Positions 1 through 12,799 of a stretch of DNA of 64,000 bases are shown piece after piece. Below the pieces are notes generated by a model. That model searched no databases, was not told the origin of the DNA, and saw nothing but the letters and a program-made list of their open reading frames with translations. The position numbers and the translations under genes are program-made. How positions within the stretch are numbered: the first letter of the stretch is position 1; each line of letters starts with the position of its first letter. The DNA lies in the NCBI GenBank assembly GCA_951406725.2, contig OX597825.1, positions 70,432,001 to 70,496,000 on the forward strand, written 5' to 3'. The DNA comes from Octopus vulgaris. Lineage: Eukaryota.

Positions 1-329
1 ATATATATACACGCGCGTATTTGTATGTGTGTGTGTATACTTTATCACACACACACACATTTTGACTTTTTACTTGTTTCAGTCATTAAGTTGCAGCCAG
101 GCTGCAGCACCGCCTTCAAGAGATTTTTGTCGAACAAAGTACGTATTTCTTTTCTTTAGCCAGGTTCTTATTTTATCGGTTTCTTTTGCCGAACCACACA
201 GCTACGCCTGTGCCTTCACACACACACACACACACACACGGACGGACGGACGGACAGACAGACAGACAGACAGATAGATAGATATATGTAAACAGACAGA
301 GATAGACTAGTAGACAGACACACAAACAC

Positions 330-392
<63 letters not shown>

Positions 393-926
393 TGTTTCTT
401 TATTAGCAACACAGGGCTGAACACAGAGGGGACAAATTACAAAGTAGAGCTTTTCTTTTGGGGAGGAGAAAAGAAAAATAGATAGATAGATAGACACATA
501 CATACACACATACATACACACATACATACATACAAACATACATACATACATACATACATACATAGACTGATAGATAGATATAGTGGATTGTTGTATATAT
601 ACTCTTAGTGCCTGCGTAAATGTATGTACGTGTGTATATATGTCTGTGCGTTTGTGTGTCCGTGTGCGTGTGTGTGTGTTCATGTGTGCCTATATTTACA
701 TTTGGCCATTAAACTTATTTTTGACTGAGACTTCAAGTTTTGCTTTACGTATTCTTAAATTTCAAATCCCAGTGAAACATGATTTTACAGTATGTTTGTC
801 TGTGTTATAAGTACTCAGTGACTCCATCAGTAAATGCTTTGTGTATATACTTAAATTTCGATTAAACTAACAAAACAAGAATTAACATCTATCTATCCAT
901 CCATCCATCCATCCATCCATCCATCC

Positions 927-988
<62 letters not shown>

Positions 989-1434
989 TTATCTCGCTAT
1001 CCATCTTGCTATTTATCTATCTATTTATCTAAATAATATACGTGTGTTTACAATCGTGTGTGTGCGTCTCTCTCTCAAATACAACAAACTACTCCATATC
1101 CTTTCAAAATGGCTGACGACTAGCATCACACTTGAAACTCAAGAGTACCAACGAATTTGAATCAAACTGTTTTGATCCATACATGTAACTCCCCATGAAT
1201 TGGTTGAGTGCCCTTCTTTCATTTGTCTCTCTTTCCCTCTCCTCTTTCGGTTCCTCTCTCTTCCTTTCTCTAATTCTGTTTATCTCTCCTTCTCCCCCTT
1301 TGGTTTTTTTCTCTCTCATCCCGTCTCTAATTCTTTTCCTCTCCCCTTCGCCGTTCTCTGCCTGTCCCTCTCTCTCTCCCTCACTTTTCCACCTTTGCTC
1401 ACCCGTTGCTCGCACGTAACCATCGACCATCTTT

Positions 1435-1780
1435 CTTATGAACCGCATGGTTCCGGGTTCATTCCCACTGCATGGCACCTTGGGCAAGTGTCTTCTACTA
1501 TAGCCTCGGAGTGGATTTAGTAGACGGAAACTGAAAGAAGCCCGTCGTATATATGTATGTGTGTGTATATGTTTGTGTGTCTGTGTTTATCCCCACAACA
1601 TCGCTTGACAACCGATGCTGGTGTGTTTACGTCCCCGAACTTAGCGGTTTGGCAAAAGACTCCGATAGAATAAGCACTAAACTTATAAAAAATAAGTCCT
1701 GGGGCCGATTTGCTTGACTAAAGGCGGTGCTCCAGCATGACCACAGTCAAATGACTGAAACAAGTAAAAGTGTAAAAGAA
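1435..1780 (+). mobile_element. SINE family A copy (5' eroded)
   Basis: Colinear with 12387-12778. Confidence 0.85.
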
Positions 1781-1784
1781 TATG

Positions 1785-1823
<39 letters not shown>

Positions 1824-1843
1824 CATATATATATATATAAATC

Positions 1844-1874
<31 letters not shown>

Positions 1875-2391
1875 TGTATGTATGTATGTATATGCGCGTA
1901 TGTGCGGTTTTGTTTGTGTAGATATAAGGATACATATACCATGCACATGTAATTAAATCCGATACAGTTTTGTTAAGTTTTACTAACAACATATTTTTAC
2001 AGACAGAAAAGAAAAGTTGTGGGTGCGGTTTCTATGCTGCAGTAATTGTGTTTGTATATTTGTCCTACAAACATATATGTGAGTTGATAGTCACAAGTTG
2101 TTCTGTGAAATGCGAACGAATGAAATTCTCCTTATGTATGTGTGAGCCGGAGGATTACGGAAATGCACCAGACGTGTTATAACATGGTATCTCAGTTGCT
2201 TTCATCGCATGAAACCATTAGTAGCTCACAAAAATATATACTGTGTTTATTAAATGATATTTATCTCTCTCCAGATGCTGATCTAACCATCACAGAACAC
2301 TACACTATATATATATATGTATATGTAAGAATTTTTTGCATAAGATAAAAAAACCAAGTCTGTGTAGATATTAGAGCGATTATAGATAGAA

Positions 2392-2445
2392 GGTCTTACA
2401 GCTGTTTCAAGGGTAATTATTAATTATATCCCTTCATCGGAGACG
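2392..2445 (-). ncRNA. Hammerhead-ribozyme-like motif (variant core)
   Basis: Minus strand: gtct-CCGATGA-AGGG...CCCTT-GAAA-C-AGCT-GTA-agac. A related copy lies on + at 16600-16655. Confidence 0.5.
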
Positions 2446-2691
2446 GTGTGGGAGTGTAGTTAAGTCATAGTTAGTTTAGATGTGATACAAAATGGAGAGT
2501 GAGGTGGAGGAAAGAAGATAGATGCAAGATATATGTGGGTATTGAAGTTGGAAATCCATTTTTTAGGCATAATGGTATATATGCAACATTCCTTCCCAAT
2601 ATTACCGAATCTGGAACTTAACTATGGTCTGTCTATAGCACTTATTCAGCATTACCTGGCACCATTTGGGTCTCAATGACACCATTATCTC

Positions 2692-2729
<38 letters not shown>

Positions 2730-2902
2730 AAGAGCGTAGGCTTGAAACGTAAAAGACTTTTTCTATTCCTGAGCGTTATACTAATACATCTGTTTGTTTA
2801 CACCACCTGTCTTCGTCTTTTGTTTTTTGTCGTAAACTCTCCGTATATACATATATATATATACATACACGCGTGCGCGCGCACATATATATGTGTGTAT
2901 AG

Positions 2903-3172
2903 GCGCGTAGTTAGGGTATTCGGCGCACACTAGTACAGTCGTTATTCGATATTTGCCAGCATGTGTGTGTCCTTGAACGAGACACTTTATATCACGTTGC
3001 TCCAGTTCACTCAGCTGTATTTCAAAGAGCCAGCCTTGTCACGTTCTGTGTCAGGCTGAATATTGCCTGAGACCTACGTTATGGTTATATGTGTTTGTGA
3101 AGTCCTCAGCCACCTGCACGTTAATTTTACGAGCAGGCTGTTCCGTTGATCAGATCAACTGGAAGTCTCGTT
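2903..3172 (+). mobile_element. SINE family C-related copy
   Basis: Degenerate tRNA-like head, gtgtccttgaacgagacactttat core and the family C tail. Confidence 0.6.
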
Positions 3173-3262
3173 GATTTGATTGATTGATTGAGTGAGTGAT
3201 TGACTGATTGATTCATTGATCGATATCAATATTGATGTGTGTGTGTATGTGTGTTTATCAAG

Positions 3263-3298
<36 letters not shown>

Positions 3299-3437
3299 GA
3301 TTAATCAGCCGAAATTGCGAGGATGATCCGGTTCTTGACTGAAGATTAGAGGCTTCGAATGACCCGTCCGTTTTTTTGTGTCGTCTCTTTGAGTGTTTTG
3401 CGTTCTTGTTCCATTTTGTATTTTTATATATATCTTT

Positions 3438-3512
<75 letters not shown>

Positions 3513-3668
3513 CGCAAGCGTGGCTGCGTGGTAAGAAGCTTGCTTCCGAACCGCATGGTTCCGAGAATGGTTAAGAAGTACACTTTGCGGCCACACGGTT
3601 TCCCGTTTCGCCCCAGGGCAGCAGCTTGAGCCATAGCCCCGAACCGACCAACGCCATTCCATTTTATT

Positions 3669-3900
3669 TATTTCTTTATTGGCCACAGGGGGCTAAACAC
3701 AGAGGAGACAAACAAGGACAGACAAAGGGATTAAGTCGATGACATCGACCCCAGTGCGTAACTGGTACTTAATTTATCGATCCCAAACGGATGAAAGGCA
3801 AAATAGACCTCGGCGGAATTTGAACTCAGAACGTAACGGCAGACGAAATACGGCTACGCATTTCGCCCGGCGTGCTAACGACGCTGCCAGCTCGCCGCCT
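3669..3900 (-). mobile_element. SINE family B copy with ~18-bp TSD
   Basis: acgccattccattttatt occurs at 3651 and again at 3903. Confidence 0.88.
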
Positions 3901-3911
3901 TAACGCCATTC

Positions 3912-4020
3912 CATTTTATTATAAAACACGTGATATTATAATTGCATTTTATTATGAAACACGTGATATTATAAATGCATTTTATTATAAAACACGTGAT
4001 ATTATAATTGCACGTGATAT
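3912..4020. repeat. 33-bp tandem repeat x3
   Basis: attttattat(a/g)aaacacgtgatattataa(t/a)tgc repeated; each unit carries CACGTG. Confidence 0.85.
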
Positions 4021-4596
4021 GTGTTTGTGTTTGTTCGCCCCACCGCCACTTGACAACCGGTGTTGGTTTGCTTTCACCTCTGTAACCTGGCGGTTCGGTC
4101 AGGGACATCAAACAGAATAAGTACAAGACTTAGAATGTGAACTGGGCTCTTGGAAGGGTTCGACTAGCTCTACAACGCTGTGCCCCAGTATGGGCGTATT
4201 CCATGGACTGAGATAAATGAGCAAAAAGGACACACACACACACACACACACGAAGTTTGAAAGCTTCTCCTTCTGTGTTGAGTATGTATCAGCTTCCGTT
4301 TAGATGCTTGGGTGTGTATATTTGTATTATATACCACAGCATATAGGATTGTTTGACGTATACAGAAGTGTACAGCAGTATATATATTACATTACTATCT
4401 GATACCAGCAATGTGTACACGTAGCAGGATGTATGTTTCCCTGTGTTTGTATATGTATAATCTTTTAATATTTTACTTGTTTCCGTCATTTGACTGTATC
4501 CATGCTGGAGCACCGCCTTTAGTCGAAGACATTGACCCCCAAGACTTATGTATACATATATGAGTAAACATACATGTTTACATATGTATTTATAAA

Positions 4597-4667
<71 letters not shown>

Positions 4668-5314
4668 ATGGACCTCTTCCTGTCAAGTGTCCCAGATGAA
4701 CCAACTTCACGGCAAGAGGTGCAGATGAGGGCAGCTGCATCGAACTCTCTCATGCACCAAATGTCAATTGCTAAAAAGCATTCGTGAAGTAAAATCATGT
4801 AGCAACACCGAATGACGGTGCCCCAGCATCGCCACAGCTGGTGAGCTGAAACTAGATGGAAATGAAAAAATGAAAAAAATATATGTATTCAATATATACA
4901 TTTCAAATATATATAATATACATATGTAAATGCGCATGCACACACAAGCAGACGCATCGAAACTGCAAAGATAATCTGGAACTCGGCTGACGAGAGAAAA
5001 CTCCGAATGACCCGTCCTTGTTTTTTCCTGTCCCTTTTTGTATCATCTAACTGTCTGGATGTCTTGTTGTCGCCTGTTGGGTTCTTGTCCCAATTTTTGT
5101 ATTTTGTGACACACACACACACATACGCACACACACTCTTTCTCCCTCTCTCACACACACACAGATATAAGCGTGTGTCTCTGCTTAAAAAAAAACATGC
5201 ATTGCAGAGAACGGTTATCGCTTAGAGAAACTGAAGAGATGTCTAGTTCACGCTAAATATGAAACCAATGTATTTTTGCTAAACTATTACGTAAAACATA
5301 TATATATATATATA

Positions 5315-5701
5315 CTAGCAGTATCGCCCGGCGTTGCTCAGGTTTGTAAGGGAAATAACTATAAAGCATCTTTAGAGAGTTATAGCCAAAAAATAGCAAA
5401 AAAATGGAAAAAAAATGATGGTAAATTTTTTTTTGAGAGTAAAAAAAGGTTGAGTTGCGTCCCCTAGACAGTCTGTGGTTTGTTTTTTTTTATTCTCGAC
5501 CCCATGTCGAATTTATCGATTTTTTTCAGAACTGGGGGAACTTTTCAAAATTTTCGCTGCGTTAGTTTTGAATTATGACATTGGGCTATGCGTGTGTCAA
5601 GTTTCATCAGAATCGGTTGAAAGCCGTGGTCAGGGTGAGGGTACGAGAAAACAGACACACAGAAACACGCACAGACAAACTGCCGTTTATATATAGAGAG
5701 A
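5315..5701 (-). mobile_element. Non-autonomous Helitron
   Basis: On the minus strand it starts TCTCTCTATATATAAA and ends with a hairpin (CCTGAGCAACGCCGGG) followed by CTAG; inserted between A and T in a (TA)n tract. Confidence 0.75.
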
Positions 5702-5924
5702 TATTTATATATGTATGTATATGTATATAGGTCGATGAATACAAATTCGCTTTTAAAATATGTTACGGAAAGAAGGCCAATCTTCCAGAATTTTTCAAAA
5801 TTTCTTGAAATCGTTCAATCTTTCTGAGGAACAAGAAATATCTTGGCAAATGTCTTCTACTATAGCTACGGGCCAGCCAAAGCCTTGTGAATGGATTTGG
5901 TAGACGGAAACTGAAAGAAGCCTG

Positions 5925-5989
<65 letters not shown>

Positions 5990-6106
5990 TATATAAGTCC
6001 AGGGATCGATTTCTTCGACTGAAACGCGGTCCTCCAGCATGGCCACAGTCAGAATGGGTAAAACGAGTAAAAGAGTATAAAATAAAAGAATACACACACA
6101 CACACA

Positions 6107-6323
6107 TACGAGAAGCTGGTGAAAAGTTTCTGGCTTTAAGGATATTGCGAAAGGTTTTGCTGGAGGCCCAACGTGTTCTTTTAGAGGGCTTAGAAAACCT
6201 GGAGGACCGTTGCAAGATGTGTGTGAATCTGAGAGGGGAATATGTTGAACAAAATCATAATTAACTGATCCTCCTCTATTTTCTTTTACTCTAATCCAGG
6301 ACTTTTTTCAGCACTCTCTCCTA
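6107..6323 (+). mobile_element. Mariner-derived MITE
   Basis: Imperfect TIRs (tacgagaagctggtgaaaagtttctgg ... ccaggactttttcagcactctctccta). The interior encodes a mariner C-terminus, GLENLEDRCKMCVNLRGEYVEQ. Confidence 0.75.
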
Positions 6324-6717
6324 TGTGTGTGTGTGTGGCTGTGTGTAAAATATTTTCTGAATAATAGTTCTTTGGTAACTGCTGCTGGTTTCCAAATAAT
6401 TTGCTTCTTCTTATAAGATTTTGCAATCCTTTTCTTTGAGATGTTCTTAGAAGTACGGGATTTATGCATGGTGATTCGCATTTTAAAAAAGCAATACATA
6501 GTTGCTTACGAAACTTCCTGAAAAAACCAGTTGGGGTGAAACTAATTGCAGTAATGTAATAAAACGGTTGTTCGACCATGCTTAAATAAGTACGCGCATA
6601 CACACACACATACGCATACATGCACACATGCATACGCACACACATATATGTATGTGTCTGCATTGTATGTATGTGTATATAATGTATGTATGTATGTATT
6701 GTATGTATGTATGTATG

Positions 6718-6784
<67 letters not shown>

Positions 6785-7458
6785 TAGATAGACAGATAGA
6801 CAGACAAACAGACAGACAAATAGATAGATAGATAGATTTATTGATTGAGAGATTGATTGATTCAATTGATTGATATTGATTGATATACATATACATATAT
6901 AGTTATAGATAGAGATATCTTTATGTAAGTATTGTTAAATTCAGTAAAAACATGAGTAGAACGTGTGTTCCTATGATATGTAAGAATATTGTGTGAAGAA
7001 TTTAAGAGCGCTACTCAAAATCAAGATACAGAAAAAGAAAAAAATGCAAATTACCATTTTCAAACCAGAAATCAGCAACATCACGGTGTTTGTCTGTCTA
7101 TACTGAACCAATATTTCGCCAGGCATAAGCAGATATCTGAGCTTAGATTGAAAGAAAAAAAAATACGAAAGTTCTCTGCAGTTTTCATCTATGAAAATGA
7201 TCATTGAGGATCGTTTCCATTTCGAGAAATTATCTACAATTTTCATTTACGGAAAAGTTTTATCTACCAATGACCTTATTTGTATGATCCGGATTGTGCA
7301 ACATGATCCTAATCATTGCAGATAAGGGAGCAGAAGCTGCCAAACGGTTCATCGGAAAATGACAGCCGAGCGAAAGAGAGAGAGAGAGATCACTTGTTGG
7401 TGATCAGAGATATAGTCCTCGATCTGTTGGGTCACATAACCACACAATCGGATGTTCT

Positions 7459-7499
<41 letters not shown>

Positions 7500-7660
7500 G
7501 AGTGAGAGAGCAGTGCATGCCATCAAAGTGACACTGGGGTAAAATATACGAAGCCCAGAATACCCATCATGACTACCCGTCTGATAATTGTACACTAAGT
7601 ACATGCATCACAACCATATGTGCGCGACATGGTGATCTTATCTTATTATTATTATTATTA

Positions 7661-7699
<39 letters not shown>

Positions 7700-7700
<1 letters not shown>

Positions 7701-8533
7701 GGCGGCGAGTTGGCAGAATCGTTTGCATGCCGGGCGGAATTCTTGCGGGTATCTTGTCCGTCTTTACGTTCTGGGTTCAAATTCACCCGAGGCCAATAAA
7801 ATAAGTACCAGTTGAGCACTGGGATCGATGTAATTGACTTACACGCTCCCAGAAATTGCTGGCCTTGTGCCTATAGTAAGAAAGGATTATCCTTATTAAG
7901 GCGGCGAGCAGGCGGAATCGTTAGCACGCCGGACAAAATGCTTAATGGGATTTCGTCCGTCTCTACCTTTTGAATTCAGGTTGACTTTACCTTTCATCCT
8001 TTCGAGGTCGATAATATAAGTATCAGTCGAGCATTGAGGTCGTTGTACTTGAATATGCACCTGCACCAAAGTTTCAGGTATTGTGCCATAGCAAAAAAAA
8101 AAATTATTATATATTTCTTTATTGCCCAAAAGGGGCTAAACATAGTGGAGACAAACAAGGACAGACAAAAGGATTAAGTTGATTACATCGACCCCAGTGC
8201 GTAACTGGTACTTATTTAATCGACCCCGAAAGGATGAAAGGCAAAGTCGACCTCGGCGGAATTTGAACTCAGAACGTAACGGCAGACTAAATACCTATTT
8301 CTTTACTACCCACAAGGGGCTAAACACAGAGGGGGACGAACAAGGACAGACATAGGTATTAAGTCGATTACATCGACCCCAGTGCGTAACTGGTACTTAA
8401 TTTATCGACCCCGAAAGGATGAAAGGCAAAGGCAAAGTCGGCCTCGCTGGAATTTGAACTCAGAACGTAACGGCAGACGAAATACCGCTAAGTATTTCGC
8501 CCGGCGTGCTAACGATTCCGCCAGCTCGCCGCC
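7700..8533. mobile_element. Cluster of SINE family B copies (two diverged + copies and a - dimer)
   Basis: Heads at about 7700 and 7900 (+); head-to-tail dimer at 8112-8533 (-). Confidence 0.82.
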
Positions 8534-8848
8534 CCTGAAGAAGAATTATTATGATTACCCTTTACATACTCAGCCTTGTTACTGGAGATGCTTCGTGTAC
8601 CAGCTGCTCACTTCTCGTGAAGCAAGGTGGTTCCTTTTTTTTTTTTTGTGTCTCAAGAACTCTGCGCCCACACTCGTTGCACAACTGTCAAGTAATGCTC
8701 TTTTCTGGATGTGTTCCATTTTCGTTTTTTAAACCTATATTTTCCGAGCAACTTTTAATAATTTCTTTTAATTATGAAGAATTCCAATTAGCAATAGTCC
8801 TAATATTATTAGTAGTATTAGTTTTGTTATGACTATTATATCATTACT

Positions 8849-8849
<1 letters not shown>

Positions 8850-8891
<42 letters not shown>

Positions 8892-8928
8892 CCATCGTCA
8901 TCATCATCATCATCATCATCACCATCAC

Positions 8929-8960
<32 letters not shown>

Positions 8961-9009
8961 ACAACAACACCATCGTCGTCATCATCATCACCATCATCAT
9001 CATCAACAC

Positions 9010-9043
<34 letters not shown>

Positions 9044-9052
9044 GTCATCATT
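8850..9052. repeat. (CAT)n microsatellite
   Basis: Seen directly; it explains the poly-S and poly-M ORFs. Confidence 0.95.
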
Positions 9053-9739
9053 ATTAAACTTTTAAAACGTAATTTGAGGCCTTCACTTAATGACGTGGTT
9101 ACGTAGAAGAGAAGGGCATGTGACCTTGTGTGTTTGTGCGTGCGTGTGTGTGTTTGTTTGTGTGTGTGTGTGCATGTATAACTGTGTTCGCATGTATATG
9201 CATGGGGTGCGTGTATGTAACCTTCATGCGGATATCCTTGACATTTTCAAATAACTGTAAAAGGATATCTTCCATTGAGCATGTTATAGTTATTCCACCA
9301 TTTCGTCTCAGTTCCGTGCCTTAATATGTGTGCGCTTGCGCATGCGTGTGTGGGGGGTGGGATGGCATGTTTATGTGTGCGTGTGTGTGCGTGTGTTTGT
9401 GGGAATATATATTCGTATATGTGTGTGCACTCGCGCGTGTATGTGCGTATGTCTATGTATGTACTTATGTGTGTTTGTGTGCGCGCTCGTGTGTGTGTGT
9501 ATGCACACATACATATATGCACACACATATGTTTGTATGTATGTGTTAGTTTTAAATATGTTTGGTATGTACATATATATATATATATTTATATATATAT
9601 ATATATACACATATATATATATACACACACACACTTATATATATATACATTTATTTTTATATGTATATATATATAGACATACATACATTCATACATACAT
9701 ACACACATACATATACATACACATACATACCCACTTACA

Positions 9740-9796
<57 letters not shown>

Positions 9797-9809
9797 GCAC
9801 ACACACACT

Positions 9810-10135
9810 GGTAACATGTAACCCAGTACAGCCTGTTGCATGGTCGGGTCGTCGACGACTGAACTGGCAACCCCATCAAGCTTGCTTGACGAGGAGGGTG
9901 ATTTTTGGACGCCCTGCAGGACGAAAAATAAGACCTGCCCTTAGGACTGAAAAGCTAATGAGCAGGCAATAATCATCCAACAATATGTGTACATGTGTAT
10001 GTATGAATATATGTGATCGCGGGGACGTGAAAACACCCGGTTTGGTTCTAGGCTGCGGTTGGCCCCACTGGGAGTGGGAGGCCCCAATGTTGTCACAACA
10101 TCTCTCTAGGAGAGGGAAACTCTGAGAGGAAACCT
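9810..10135 (+). mobile_element. Possible RTE-type LINE 5' UTR remnant
   Basis: GC-richer island ending in ctctctaggagagggaaactctg, resembling by recall a CTAGGAGAAGGAAAACTCTG motif of RTE 5' UTRs; no coding support. Confidence 0.3.
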
Positions 10136-10371
10136 ACGACATTGATAATATTCGATGATGTAGACTGGTTCTTCTTTTCCAGTTTGTGTTGTCCATGTTC
10201 AGTGAGTGGGATTGGATTTGTGCAAATTCTATTTCCACTATGAAAAAATCATCATGGACCGGCATCGCTTGAAAAAGAGTAAGACTTATCACAAAAATGG
10301 CCGGTTGTAGCCTTTGCAAATGTGGAACTTTCGATCAGCCAATGACAATACACGAACACGAGTTTGCAGCC

Positions 10372-10418
<47 letters not shown>

Positions 10419-10695
10419 GGTTTTTCTTTGTGTTAATTGTCCTGTACTCTATTTTTTTGTTGTTTAAAAAAATGTCCAGTTCCTTGGGTTTGTGTCTATG
10501 TTTTCGTTTCTCATTGTGTTCGACGTCTCTTTGGTGTCCTGTACTCATATATGCGTGTATATGTACATGTAGAGGTAGGTACGTACATATATGTTTATAT
10601 ATATGCATATGTTTTATTTATTAATATATATATATATATTACGGAGATGTACTTGCATACCAAGTGACCTGATCTGAGATCGTGTGCTGGAACGA

Positions 10696-10874
10696 AAACA
10701 ATTGCAGCGTGGAAGGTGTGTATAAACCATTTAAGAAACACACAAAAACTGTTAGATTCACTTTAACATTTAAATTTAATTTGGCAAATTAAATTTAAAT
10801 GTAAATGTTGAAGTGAATCTAACGGTTTCTGTGTGTTTCTTAAACGGCTTATACATACCTTCCACGCTGCAATT

Positions 10875-10879
<5 letters not shown>
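10696..10879. repeat. Inverted repeat (~90-bp arms)
   Basis: aaacaattgcagcgtggaagg...aaatttaattt versus aaattaaattt...ccttccacgctgcaattgttt; lies between (TA)n tracts. Confidence 0.85.
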
Positions 10880-10927
<48 letters not shown>

Positions 10928-11569
10928 CATATAGGTATATATGTATGCATGTATGTATATATATATGCATTTGTGTATGCATGGATGCATCTATCTATGT
11001 ATGTGTATGTATATGTTTAATCTTTTTGACATCACTTGTTAGTAAACATGAAAAACTAACTCCTATCTTTTTACTTCATGAAATCGGAAGCTTCCAGAAT
11101 CACTGTTTTTATATGAAAGACAATAAATGTTATTCGTTTTTGCTGTATCACACCAATTGCTTACTCAGAAGCACAAAGCAATTTCAAGCAATTAACCGAA
11201 ATTTTCTCTCCCTCTTCTTTTTATTTGTTTATTTATTTTTGCATGAAATTAAACGGTCAGTGTTACATATATTTAGTGCTGAACGGCGTGATATTTTGAA
11301 CATTTATGCGGTTATTCAAGTTATACAAATTATCTGCTATCCAGTACGTTTTTTTTTTTTTTTTTACTTGTTTAGGATAGAGTGTGGCTGCTATTAAAGC
11401 GAGTTTGCTTTTCAGTTGTTTTGGGGAACTGCCTAGCTATCAGTCAATTCGCCAAACAACTGAAAGATTACCTGAAGGCTCGCTCTACCAGCAGGAAATC
11501 CAGGATATCGGATGGGGTGGTGACTATAATTTGAATTTGATTTGCGTGTGTGTCTGTGTGTATGTTTGT

Positions 11570-11960
11570 TATTTCTTTACTGTTCACTAAGGGCTAAACA
11601 CAGAGAGGACAAACAAGGACAGACAAACAGATTAAGTCGATTATATCGACCCCAGAGCGTAACAGGTACTTATTTAATCGACCCCGAAAGGATGATAGGC
11701 AAAGTCGACCTCGGCGGAATTTGAACTCAGAACGAAATACCTATTTCTTTACTACCCACAAGGGGCTAAACACAGAGAGGACAAACAAGGACAGACAAAC
11801 AGATTAAGTCGATTAGACCGACCCCAGTGCGTAACTGGTACTTATTTGATCGACCCCAAAAGGATGAAAGGCAAAGTCGACCTCGGCGGAATTTGAACTC
11901 AGAACGTAGCGGCAGATGAAATACCGCTAAGCATTTCGCCCGGCGTGCTAACGTTTCTGA
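11570..11960 (-). mobile_element. SINE family B dimer
   Basis: Two tandem units of the family B body. Confidence 0.82.
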
Positions 11961-11967
11961 GTAACCA

Positions 11968-12021
<54 letters not shown>

Positions 12022-12386
12022 ACGAGAGAAGGTGAGAGACGGGAGAGATAAATTTAAGCACAGAGAACATGTCATCGAAGAATACAAACAAGGACACAGA
12101 CATTCCATCGTCAGCAACCACAAGGTAACAGAGAATATCAAACAGGCACCAAAATATCTTTCAACTGAAATAAATCAGGACAGACCGAGAATAATGGGCA
12201 TAAAACTAACGCTGAGGCAAAATGAGTGTTCATTTCAAACTTAGTTAAATTCCGTATATTACCGTGACTAATTGTCCATGGGTGTGTATCGCTAATTAGT
12301 TCCAACAATGTCTCTGTGTTATAATATTAGTAATTACAAGACTGCTGTACAAATATTGTAAAAAATTTTTTTTAAAACCTGTTATA

Positions 12387-12778
12387 GGCGCAGGAGTGGC
12401 TGTGTGGTAAGTAGCCTGCTAACCAGCCACATGGTTCCGGGTTCAGTCCCACTGCGTGGCATCTTGGGCAAGTGTCTTCTGCTATAGCCCCGGGCCAACC
12501 AATGCCTTGTGAGTGGATTTGGTAGACGGAAACTGAAAGAAGCCTGTCGTATATATATATATATATGTGTGTGTGTTTGTGTGTCTGTGTTTCTCCCCTA
12601 GCATTGCTTGACAACCGATGCAGGTGTGTTTACGTCCCCGTCACTTAGCGGTTCGGCAAAAGAGACCGATAGAATAAGTACTGGGCTTACAAAGAATAAG
12701 TCCCGGGGTCGATTTGCTCGACTAAAGGCGGTGCTCCAGCATGGCTGCAGTCAAATGACTGAAACAAGTAAAAGAGAG
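12387..12778 (+). mobile_element. tRNA-derived SINE family A (full length, internal microsatellite)
   Basis: Head GGCGCAGGAGTGGCTGTGTGGTAAG (A box)...GGTTCAGTCCC (B box), then CTTGGGCAAGT, an internal (TA)n(TG)n tract and a tail GACTGAAACAAGTAAAAGAG. More than 15 near-identical or partial copies in the window. Confidence 0.9.
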
Positions 12779-12799
12779 TATATTACAAGTAGACTTGCC

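Noticed and set aside
7055-7140. Minus-strand exon-like segment (ctcAG ... GTAATT; YLLMPGEILVQYRQ...)
   Set aside because: Isolated, with no recognisable homology or partner exons.
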